In this document: positions 1 to 8,646 of the stretch, piece after piece
How the letters are laid out: every line of letters starts with the position of its first letter
How positions within the stretch are numbered: the first letter of the stretch is position 1
Origin: Limisphaerales bacterium
GTDB taxonomy: Bacteria > Verrucomicrobiota > Verrucomicrobiia > Limisphaerales > JAJOIW01
Assembly (NCBI GenBank): GCA_965657355.1
Contig: CBFHOE010000005.1
Coordinates: 220,461-234,387 of the forward strand
Direction of reading: 5' to 3'
Length of the DNA stretch: 13,927 nt
Translations under genes and position numbers: made by a program
The notes under the pieces: model-generated
What the model was told of the DNA's origin: nothing
The model's database searches: none
Seen by the model: the letters and a program-made list of their open reading frames with translations, nothing else

Positions 1-2072
1 GCAAGAAAATTGGCCCAGGCATGCATTTGCTCTTTGTGCCCTTTACTGGCACTTTTCTCTGTCACTTTCTTTCGACCTTTATAAATGTTGACGCTTTGAA
101 AGTTAGTTATCTCAGCTACGATACCCGCTCCAAATAAAGTCAAATTTTCTTTTGGATAACTAGTATCTCCCTCGGCAGTGTATATTAGTTGACCACTTGA
201 ACCATCCGCAAACTCCACAGTCGCAGTAATACTATCGGGAAAAGGGAGAGCGCCATCCGTCGCCCATGCATTCTGAGCAAATACCTTTACAGGCTCAGAC
301 TCGAATAAGTAATTGAAAATATCGAAGAAATGACATGCTTCACCTAAAATGCGTCCACCACTTTCTTGGTAGTTTGCATACCAATGGTCAGGAGCCAATT
401 TTCCAGCCATAACCCTTATGCTGACCGTCTTCGGACCTGGGACCTTTGAAATATGCTTTTTTAGTATTGAAGTTACGGGTGCGAACCTTCTGTTGAAGCC
501 CACTTGAACACTCCCATTGCTATTCGACAATGCCGAATCAATTTCTAATAATTCCTCTAAATTTAAGCATAAAGGCTTTTCCACGAAAATATGGGCCTCT
601 TTTGCTAAAGCATCCAAGACCATCGGAGCGTGTAAATGATGGCGGGTAGCTATCAGGACGGCCTCATGCAAAGATATTTTTTCGATGACTGATTTATAAT
701 CAGTCTCAGCGTGGCCAAATCCGAATTTGCCCTGAACATGCTTGGCACTCAGTGACGTATGATTAGTTATGGTTGAAAATGTAACTTTATCTCTAAGGTG
801 AGGAAGAAGCATCGTACGAGCAAAATTCCCCGCGCCCATTACATTTAACTTCAACGAGCTTTGATCTATTTTACCACCATGATGAATAGGAGCCGTTTGA
901 GCTTGTGGGGAATTATCCGCACTATTTTCTTCGGTGTGAGAAACACTTTCACCTTGTTCATAGGAAAGAACGACTCCGATATCATTTCCAGATCCATCCG
1001 CCATTGATTCATACTTATCAATAGCTTTAAGAAATGGAATAACTGAAGTAGTAAGGGCTTCCAAAGCCAATTTCTCCTCTTTCATCAGTTCCAAACACGC
1101 TCGAAAGTTTCTGTTCTCTGTCCACCTCACATACCCTATGGGATAGTCGACCCCACCCCATTCGTAGACAGGATCGTATCGCCCTGGCCCGTATGAGCGG
1201 GAAAAACGCACTTCTAATTCTTTCTCGTAAAATAACTTCCAATCTAATTCAATTTTAGTAATGCCGACATCGATCAATCTTCCTCGGTCTCGAAGAGCCT
1301 CTGCTGATTGGTGAATTGGGGTATTGCTTTGGCTTGCTGTGCATACTATGGCAGCATCCACACCATACCCGTCGGTCCATTCTCGGATGGCATCGTGAAA
1401 GTTCCCGTCCCTCGCATTTATAAAGCAGTCAACGCCCATTGCCTGACATGTAGACTTTCTTTCGTCCACAATATCTACTGCCGCCACTTGTGCTCCTGCG
1501 ATCTTTAAAAGATTGGAAACCAGTAAGCCCACTAGACCTTGCCCCATCACCAGGACTCGATCTCCGATGCCAATTTCCGCCTGACGCACAGCCTGCAACG
1601 CAATGGAGCATATGGTGGTATATGAAGCGTCTGTGGTCGAAACGCCCTCAGGAACTTTCGCAACCAACATTTCTGGAAGAGCAATGAATTCAGCATGAAA
1701 AGCACATTCGGCGCCACCACAAGCAACTATATCACCGACTCTCAACCTGGAGTTTTTACTGTCTACCGTTTCAACTATTCCAGCAGCACTGTATCCAAGG
1801 GGTGTTGGGGACTCCAGACGGTTTTTTACCTTCTCAATCGCGCTCTTCCATCCGAGATTTTTAGCCGTATCAAGAACTTTTTTTACTTGGTCGGGTCTCG
1901 CCTTTGCCTTTTGGAGCAAATTCATTTTGGCTTGTTCGACTTTCATTTTCTCAGTACCTACGCTGATTACTGAGTGTAATGTCCTTACTAAAACACCTCC
2001 AGGTGGTGCTTTCGGAGTGGGCACGTCTTGGTATTCCAAGCGTCCATCTTGATATTGTGCTATTTGTTTCAC
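1..2072 (-). CDS. Bi-domain oxidoreductase: N-terminal MDR/zinc-type alcohol dehydrogenase-like domain plus C-terminal Gfo/Idh/MocA domain (3' end lies beyond the window edge)
   Basis: Not in the ORF track because there is no stop codon in the window; translated by hand. GTG start at 2072-2070, preceded by SD-like AAGGGA. The protein begins MKQIAQYQDGRLEYQDVPTPKAPPGGVLVRTLHSVISVGTE and contains PTPLGYSAAG, MGQGLVG (Rossmann), SRSYGPGRYDPVYE and YPIGYVRWTENRN. The second domain has VMGAGNFA, HIFVEKPL, VGFNRRFAP and GGRILGEACHFFD. The same frame reads KGHKEQMHAWANFL at the left edge. Confidence 0.93.
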   Translation of the reverse strand, partial: MKQIAQYQDGRLEYQDVPTPKAPPGGVLVRTLHSVISVGTEKMKVEQAKMNLLQKAKARPDQVKKVLDTAKNLGWKSAIEKVKNRLESPTPLGYSAAGIVETVDSKNSRLRVGDIVACGGAECAFHAEFIALPEMLVAKVPEGVSTTDASYTTICSIALQAVRQAEIGIGDRVLVMGQGLVGLLVSNLLKIAGAQVAAVDIVDERKSTCQAMGVDCFINARDGNFHDAIREWTDGYGVDAAIVCTASQSNTPIHQSAEALRDRGRLIDVGITKIELDWKLFYEKELEVRFSRSYGPGRYDPVYEWGGVDYPIGYVRWTENRNFRACLELMKEEKLALEALTTSVIPFLKAIDKYESMADGSGNDIGVVLSYEQGESVSHTEENSADNSPQAQTAPIHHGGKIDQSSLKLNVMGAGNFARTMLLPHLRDKVTFSTITNHTSLSAKHVQGKFGFGHAETDYKSVIEKISLHEAVLIATRHHLHAPMVLDALAKEAHIFVEKPLCLNLEELLEIDSALSNSNGSVQVGFNRRFAPVTSILKKHISKVPGPKTVSIRVMAGKLAPDHWYANYQESGGRILGEACHFFDIFNYLFESEPVKVFAQNAWATDGALPFPDSITATVEFADGSSGQLIYTAEGDTSYPKENLTLFGAGIVAEITNFQSVNIYKGRKKVTEKSASKGHKEQMHAWANFL

Positions 2073-2162
2073 AGTCCCTTAAACTCGTTCAAACTCTAAT
2101 TGATACAATTCACATTTTCCACGAAAGATTGTAATTTCTGTATTTCAGAGAAAACTACCACC

Positions 2163-2519
2163 TCAATCATCGAGTTCGTCATATTTTAGGTTTTTACCTT
2201 TTGTTTTTGAAATAGGATACCTCAGTTGGTTTCTTTTGAGCTTAGCTCGAATTTCAGATCCCAAATCCAGATCAAGATTTCCAGCAAATTCAAAGAGTAA
2301 AATGGCAATATCGGCCATTTCATCGGCCACCTGCTCACGTTTTCTATTGGCGATTTCGTGACTTTCACCGGTGCCCTTCCATATAAAATGCTGCATCAAT
2401 TCACCAGCTTCGCCCGAGATCGCAACGGCCATATCCTTTGGACTATGGAATTTTTTCCAATCCCTATCTTGAACAAAGTTTTGTATTTCTTCGGTTATCT
2501 CCTTAATTGAATCATTCAT
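2163..2519 (-). CDS. MazG-like nucleotide pyrophosphohydrolase (all-alpha NTP-PPase, dCTP pyrophosphatase-like)
   Basis: 118 aa with FVQDRDWKKFHSPKDMAVAISGEAGELMQHFIW and DEMADI, giving the ExxE...ExxD metal-binding pattern, and a C-terminal KLKRNQLRYP motif. Confidence 0.92.
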   Translation of the reverse strand: MNDSIKEITEEIQNFVQDRDWKKFHSPKDMAVAISGEAGELMQHFIWKGTGESHEIANRKREQVADEMADIAILLFEFAGNLDLDLGSEIRAKLKRNQLRYPISKTKGKNLKYDELDD

Positions 2520-2525
2520 ATTTTT

Positions 2526-3854
2526 TTAGAATTTTTCCCAGGTTTGAATCGATTTCTTGGCATCCTCAAATTCTTTCGTGAGCTGCCTCACGAGTTCAGG
2601 GTATTTATGAGCAATATTATATTTCTCACCAAAATCATTTTTGAGATTAAAAAGTAGAGGTGGTGTTTGCTTGATCGATGGCTCTTGTTTTCCTGAAATA
2701 GGTTCCCTCGTTCTATCTCGGGTATAAAAGTGAATTTTAAAATCCTTTTTTCTATATGCCATGGCCTGACTTTGATAAAAAACATGACGTGATCTATGAG
2801 CTGGATTCCCTGATAGAAGTGCGTCTGACATGTCGATAGAATCGACAGCATGGTCTTTTTGTATTTTGGAATCCGTGAAACTCGCAATCGTCGCATACCA
2901 ATCGTAGTTCATCATAAAACCTTCATTCACTGACGGTTTAAGAACACCTGGCCAATAGAGTATACATGGCACTCGCTCCCCACCCTCCCACGTCGTGGAT
3001 TTCTCGCCACGGAGAGGGGTTGAAAAACCACCAAATTCACGAAACATTTTCCAAGGCCCATTATCACTTGTAAAAACTATGAGAGTTGTTTTTTCTAATC
3101 CGTGATTTTGAATGCACTTGATGACCTCTCCAGTGGACCAATCTAATTCTTCAATAACATCACCATAAACACCATTCGCACTTTTCCCTCTAAAAGACTC
3201 TGAAGCAAAAATAGGAACATGCGGCATATTGTGCGACAGGAACAGAAAAAATGGCTTCTGATGATTGGTTTCAATGAATTGGATAGCCTGTTCAGTGTAG
3301 CTTCCTGTAATCTCTGATTGTTTAATGACCCCTACTTTTTTACGGTTAATATAATAAGGTGTTTTCCAAGCACTTTCGGGTGCGTTTTTAAAAGAAGAAT
3401 AATTCGGTCGTGGGCCATCCCAATCATTACTCCCTTTTGTTCCATACCAATAATCGAACCCTTGGTCCAAAGGATGGAGGCCATCACCCATCCCGAGATG
3501 CCACTTACCAATGATAGCTGTTTGGTAGTCATTGCTCTTCAACATCTCAGCAAACGTTACTGAGGATGCCAACCGATTAAAATTTTTTCCCCACGGTCGA
3601 TTAGGATGACAGCCCGTCATGAAAGCTCGGCGGCTTGGGGCACACCATGGAGCTGCATGAAAATCGGTCATCTTGATTCCGTTGCTTGCCATTCGGTCCA
3701 AATTTGGAGTTCTGTGAAGCGCATTCCCGTAGCAAGCTAAATCCCCGTAACCTAAGTCATCTGCCATAATATAGATGATGTTAGGCTTTTCATCACCGGT
3801 CGAAGCATGGCAAAACATGAATAATGAACAAACTATTAGTGTAAATATTCTCAT
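2526..3854 (-). CDS. Secreted Cys-type (formylglycine-dependent) sulfatase, arylsulfatase A/GALNS-like
   Basis: Motifs KPNIIYIMADDLGYGD, CAPSR (CxPxR), GKWHLG, PHVP, FTSDNGPW and WEGGERVP. ATG 3854 is preferred because it gives a signal peptide (MRIFTLIVCSLFMFCHA); the ORF track start at 3884 is the alternative. Confidence 0.95.
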   Translation of the reverse strand: MRIFTLIVCSLFMFCHASTGDEKPNIIYIMADDLGYGDLACYGNALHRTPNLDRMASNGIKMTDFHAAPWCAPSRRAFMTGCHPNRPWGKNFNRLASSVTFAEMLKSNDYQTAIIGKWHLGMGDGLHPLDQGFDYWYGTKGSNDWDGPRPNYSSFKNAPESAWKTPYYINRKKVGVIKQSEITGSYTEQAIQFIETNHQKPFFLFLSHNMPHVPIFASESFRGKSANGVYGDVIEELDWSTGEVIKCIQNHGLEKTTLIVFTSDNGPWKMFREFGGFSTPLRGEKSTTWEGGERVPCILYWPGVLKPSVNEGFMMNYDWYATIASFTDSKIQKDHAVDSIDMSDALLSGNPAHRSRHVFYQSQAMAYRKKDFKIHFYTRDRTREPISGKQEPSIKQTPPLLFNLKNDFGEKYNIAHKYPELVRQLTKEFEDAKKSIQTWEKF

Positions 3855-4494
3855 TGGACTCGGATTTATACTCACCCAAATCATTAGCCCAAGCTAGGGA
3901 ATAAAATAATTTTGCTAATAGAGGTATTTTAAAAGCAAATCTCCACTCGATCAGGTGTAATAACTACAATGAGCCAGTTTGATGAGTTCGATTCTTTTTT
4001 TATGTTTCATCGGTATAGAATAAATTAAACAAACCATGCTTAGAGCATCAGGAAGACGAAACACCAGATCCATGATTCACATAAATGCCAATCTCAATGA
4101 TGAGAATTAATAATATTTAGATACTTGTGGAGAACAAGCCAACAGGTCTCATGTTATGACATAGCACAACAAACCAGGGCGACTTGGTCTTATGCGTCCA
4201 GTAAAAGCGTTCTTAGAAACATGAAACCCGATCACACACGGAGCTCTATGATTTAAATAATATTTTCACCCGTTGCTCAAAAAAATAGATCAAAGATTCC
4301 TGAGACATTTTGATACCCGGAACTTTGAACCAAAATCTTGTCTTCTCCAGGAAACCCTTTAAATATGATGCACTCAGTCACATTTTTATTAGCAATCAAA
4401 TATGAGTTTGGTTTCTTGTATTGAATCTGCTGACTGGCAGTACGACTAATTTTTCGTCTTAGCACCTTGATTAATCCTAAACCGAGGAATCTAT

Positions 4495-7400
4495 TCACCT
4501 ATCGGTTTGCAGGTATCCAATCAAATCAACCACCTCATTTTTAGACAAGTTATCCAGCAAACCCTCAGGCATCATGGAAACATTCAGAATCTCTCTAGAT
4601 CGAATTTCTGATTTTGAAACATCGATATTTTGCCCGACTATACGTAATTGGATTTGCCTGTCGGTTTCAACTGAAACATTACCAGCTAGCGTACGGCCAT
4701 CGTTGGTATTTATAACGACCATTTTATAGTCGTCCTGAATAATCCCAGATGGATCTATGATATTATCAAGAAGGTAATCAAGGTTCTGTCTATTTGCGCC
4801 TGTGATATCAGGCCCCAGCTCTCCACCTTTTCCATAAAGTTTGTGACAAACTGAACAATTTTTTTCAAATAACTGCTTTCCGTTGATAACATTTGCTTTT
4901 AGAAGATTTTGTTGAGTGAGTAGTTGCCTATATCTATCAAAACTTTGTTCTTTGCTAGAGGACAGAGACTCAACATTACCCCAATACTCGACAAAGCCTA
5001 ACCCCACAACTCGCTTGAGTTGCCTGGCCACGTAGGCTGGTATCTCTGACTTTAATATCTTGTTTTTCTTAAGTGCGTCCAGAAGGGCTCTTCCATAATT
5101 AGGTCGAGCTGCCAGTGTTTGGAGGGCTTCCAATTTTGTTGCCCCATCGAACGAGGAATAGTTAAAAATCAGCGAATTAGCCAATTCGATATTATCAAAG
5201 ACGGCCATACCTTGTATAGCTGACAACTGAAGGTCCTTATCCAATATTAATTTTGACAAAAGTGGTATGACTTCTTTTCTCTTTTTACTAACCAGTCCCT
5301 CCAAAGCTAAAGTTTTTGCAGAGGCAGCTGATTTTGGATCACTGAGAATAGATAACATCGAATCAACAGCAGCCTTGTCTCCAAAAATTTGAGCCATTCT
5401 TAGTGAATTGCGAGTTACTTCCTCAGATCCAAATTCTTGTAATGCAGAATAAGTTTTCACCCAAGCCTCAGGCACATCCTTAAAAGACTTTCCAGACATC
5501 CCATCCAAACCACCAGCGAGTATCTGGTGCGTAGCTGGACTCTTTTTCCGAGCTGCGGAATAAAGTGCTAAAAGGTAATGATCCAAATCCCCCGCATCCA
5601 ATATCCGTCGTGAAATAAAATTCTGCAATAGGGGAATTTTGCTCTGCATTGCTAATCGAAGCCCTCTTTGAGGTGACTCCGCAACCATTCCTTCAATCCC
5701 AAACCATATCATCTTTGGAATATTATGATCGTCTGCGTCTTCTGCATGCTGCATGAGATTCTCTGCAATTTTCCACCTCATGTCAGAGTCTATTCTTTGT
5801 AGTGCCGATGCGATATACAAACGTACTACTGGTGATTTTTCTGACTTTGCCATATTCTCAAGTTGAACCATTTGATTCCTTGAGATTGGTTTAGTACCTT
5901 GTGTTTGCAGCTGAATGGCCCACCCCCGAATGTAAGGATAATGGTCTTTTCTAGCCATTTCATATATTCGATCATTCCATCCACCTGAAATATAGATAGC
6001 CCAAAGCGCCCTGAGACGATGCTCATTCCGTGAATCTGAGCTCAAAAGGCCATAAAGATTCCTCAGAGTAGCCTTCTCAAGGTCTCCCTTAACTGCTCTT
6101 TCTTGCAGGATAAGGCGTGCCCTCCTGGCATGCCACGCAGATTCACTTTTTTGTAAATCAACCAAATACATATCTGGCATTTTCTCGAGATCGTCAAAGC
6201 GCCCTTCCCAATATTTGGATTGTGAATTCTTGGCGGAGATCCTGAAAATCCTACCGGTATCCTTGTTAAGAATCTCCTTCCCGCATATATCTGCGTCGTG
6301 CCAATCCAAAACATAAACATCGCCGGCTGGCCCGATCTCCATACTAAATCCAATCCATTGCGCGTTATTAGCCTTGAGTAAGTCCTCACCATGACTGGCA
6401 ATAAAACCCGACCCTTTGGGCTTCAAAACATCCGATAAAACAGCATGCTCGTGAATGTTAGCCATGAATAATTGACCGTGGTATTTATCTGGAAATGAGT
6501 CCGATAGATAAACTCGGGCTCCGCCATGCGCAGATCTGTGTCGATGATCAACAATTGTTCTTATATCCTGATAAATATAAGGATTATAGTGCCGCCCACC
6601 TTGCCTATGATAAACGCCGCCAGGGATGACATGAAACATGTGAGGAATGACACAAGCAGTTATGAAAATTTGACCATTCGCATCGTAATCAATGCCCCAT
6701 GGATTTGAAAATCCATGAGCAACAACTTCAAATTTGTCTTCAACAGGGTGATACCTCCAAACGCCACCATTGATATCTATGCCGTCTCCCTCTAATTCAA
6801 TATCTTTGGGGAACGGATCGCCTTTATCGTAGAGTTTCCCATCTCCTTTTGGCTTACCAACCTTGGAGGGGGTCGCAAACCCCTGACACCCATACAACCA
6901 TCCATCAGGCCCCCAATGAAAGCTATTAAGAGTTTCATGACGATCGCGAATGCCCCAGCCAGTCAACCGGATCTCGATATCACCTATATCGGCTTTATCA
7001 TTATTGTCTCTATCTGGTAAAAAAAGAAGATTGGGAGGAGCTCCTAACCAAAGACCATCAAATCCAACAGCGATTCCTGCTGGGAAAGGTATTCCTTCAG
7101 CAAAGACTTTTCTTTTGTCTGCAATGCCGTCCTTATCGGTATCCTCTAAAATTAATATCCGACTGTCGCCTGAGTTGGCAAACCCAGACCCACGTGACTC
7201 ATAGTCTCGATTTTCAGCTACCCACATGCGACCTTTGGAATCCCAGCAAAAAGCCATTGGTTGTGTCATCATAGGCTCGGAAGCATAAACATTAGCCTGA
7301 AGTCCAGCCTGAACATCCATAATTTCCACCGCCTTTTCTGGAGTTAAAAACTTTGCTTTCCGACCCTCTTGTCGAGCTAGACCCCAAAGCACATTAGTGC

Positions 7401-8304
7401 CTTTGCGAGAATATTCTTGCCAAGCATTCCTTATTTTTAACTCATCGTATTCGCCTGAATAAACTAAGAGTCTATGTTTGAGATTAGCTGACTCGCCTTT
7501 TTTTATGTTCCAGTCACCAAGCCGCGCTCGCGCTGGACCAACCCCGAATTGTCCATCAATCCTAAATGGTAAGGGAAATCCATTATTAGAGGGATGATCA
7601 AAAATAGCGATTCTTCCAAAGTCATCACGTCCTTCAATCTCCATTCCTAGATCTACCCAGAGACCACGCTGTCCTTCTCCTTCTTGATTTTTATGTCGAG
7701 CACCCGTAAATGACTCAGCCTTGACCCCACTTTTCCATGGCATACGTAAAAATAAACCTCCGTAATCATATCTTCCAATTTTGACATCCGTTCGGGCCTC
7801 ACCTCGCCAATTTAAGTCCATGATATAACGTCCATCCTCAAACCAGACAGCCCATGATTGGGTTTCGGTCATGATGACTTTCCCTTTGTCATCAAGCATG
7901 TCATAAACTGTCTTCCAAGAAACTCTATCACCAGATGCTTGGTTAATAATCACATCAATTCTTCTCCAGTGAGATTTGCCTGGATTGTGAAAAAAGTCCC
8001 TACCATTGACCCTGGTGAACCCCCAATATAATCCTGTCTGGTGCGGGTGATGACCCGGGCTATATTCCGTTAAAACTCCTTTTTGGTCTGGAGAAATAAG
8101 GGGATGAAAATAAGGCCTAAAGTTTGAGCCGGCGTGATGCGTCAGTACATGAGAGGACGTATCAATGGATTCAACATCAAACTTTTCTTCCTCAGGGTCC
8201 CACTTAACAGTCAACCCAGATCCACTAGATGCTTCCAAAAACCGGAAGCAAAATATGACACATAGAAAAACAAATATTTGCCTTGAATGGGTTATATATA
8301 GCAT
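4495..8304 (-). CDS. PVC-type heme-binding CxxCH protein: signal-like N-terminus, DUF6807/'PmoA'-like domain, putative membrane-bound dehydrogenase beta-propeller, HEAT-like repeats, C-terminal cytochrome c
   Basis: 1269 aa. N-terminal domain motifs are RPYFHPL, HHPHQTGLYWGF, YGGLFLRMP and DHPSN. The propeller has ASEPMMTQPMAFCWDSKGRMWVAE, ILEDTDKDGIAD, WGPDGWLY, GFSNPWGIDYD and GPAGDVYVLDWHD. Helical repeats include RLRALWAI and SPVVRLYIASALQR. The C-terminus has GKQLFEKNCSVCH (CxxCH at 4843-4857), GPDITG and SMMPEGLL. Confidence 0.9.
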   Translation of the reverse strand: MLYITHSRQIFVFLCVIFCFRFLEASSGSGLTVKWDPEEEKFDVESIDTSSHVLTHHAGSNFRPYFHPLISPDQKGVLTEYSPGHHPHQTGLYWGFTRVNGRDFFHNPGKSHWRRIDVIINQASGDRVSWKTVYDMLDDKGKVIMTETQSWAVWFEDGRYIMDLNWRGEARTDVKIGRYDYGGLFLRMPWKSGVKAESFTGARHKNQEGEGQRGLWVDLGMEIEGRDDFGRIAIFDHPSNNGFPLPFRIDGQFGVGPARARLGDWNIKKGESANLKHRLLVYSGEYDELKIRNAWQEYSRKGTNVLWGLARQEGRKAKFLTPEKAVEIMDVQAGLQANVYASEPMMTQPMAFCWDSKGRMWVAENRDYESRGSGFANSGDSRILILEDTDKDGIADKRKVFAEGIPFPAGIAVGFDGLWLGAPPNLLFLPDRDNNDKADIGDIEIRLTGWGIRDRHETLNSFHWGPDGWLYGCQGFATPSKVGKPKGDGKLYDKGDPFPKDIELEGDGIDINGGVWRYHPVEDKFEVVAHGFSNPWGIDYDANGQIFITACVIPHMFHVIPGGVYHRQGGRHYNPYIYQDIRTIVDHRHRSAHGGARVYLSDSFPDKYHGQLFMANIHEHAVLSDVLKPKGSGFIASHGEDLLKANNAQWIGFSMEIGPAGDVYVLDWHDADICGKEILNKDTGRIFRISAKNSQSKYWEGRFDDLEKMPDMYLVDLQKSESAWHARRARLILQERAVKGDLEKATLRNLYGLLSSDSRNEHRLRALWAIYISGGWNDRIYEMARKDHYPYIRGWAIQLQTQGTKPISRNQMVQLENMAKSEKSPVVRLYIASALQRIDSDMRWKIAENLMQHAEDADDHNIPKMIWFGIEGMVAESPQRGLRLAMQSKIPLLQNFISRRILDAGDLDHYLLALYSAARKKSPATHQILAGGLDGMSGKSFKDVPEAWVKTYSALQEFGSEEVTRNSLRMAQIFGDKAAVDSMLSILSDPKSAASAKTLALEGLVSKKRKEVIPLLSKLILDKDLQLSAIQGMAVFDNIELANSLIFNYSSFDGATKLEALQTLAARPNYGRALLDALKKNKILKSEIPAYVARQLKRVVGLGFVEYWGNVESLSSSKEQSFDRYRQLLTQQNLLKANVINGKQLFEKNCSVCHKLYGKGGELGPDITGANRQNLDYLLDNIIDPSGIIQDDYKMVVINTNDGRTLAGNVSVETDRQIQLRIVGQNIDVSKSEIRSREILNVSMMPEGLLDNLSKNEVVDLIGYLQTDR

Positions 8305-8646
8305 TTGTAAATCATACGGTAAAACACCTTAATATTTCCATGTAAAGTTGCCTTTTTCTTTTTCGTAAAATTTCAAAAAGAGCATCCCAAAGTTTTCATA
8401 AATCAGATTGAAATTTTGGTGTGTTGAATATGAAAAGACTACACAGAGTGTCTAAATAAAAATAAAATTAGCTTTTCAGCAGAAGTCTTCCTGTTTGGAT
8501 CCCCCCAAAAGCGATGCAATCTAGAAACCGGTAATTTTTTTCCATATTGAAGGATTCTGAAAGTAGATCTCGATTTATTGATGAAATTTTGTCATTGTTA
8601 AGGTATCTCACACATACAAGTAGTTAACTCAAATATTTTTCAGTAA

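Noticed and set aside
1027..1973. Short ORFs in the track (1027-1242, 1308-1508, 1429-1611, 1490-1687, 1695-1973)
   Set aside because: All lie inside the long minus-strand oxidoreductase frame and are shadow ORFs.
3969..4028. Phe-rich mini-ORF MSQFDEFDSFFMFHRYRIN resembling an attenuator leader
   Set aside because: It is on the opposite strand to the flanking genes, with no Phe-related gene or terminator/antiterminator downstream. The Phe codons come largely from a T-run.
7410..8220. Methane monooxygenase, suggested by the 'PmoA'-like domain label
   Set aside because: The domain is soluble and DUF6807-like with no multi-pass membrane helices, and there is no pmoB or pmoC nearby. The family name is misleading.
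8393..8436. Inverted repeat TTTTCATA...TATGAAAA in the divergent intergenic region
   Set aside because: The arms are only 8 bp, AT-rich and widely spaced, which is expected by chance.
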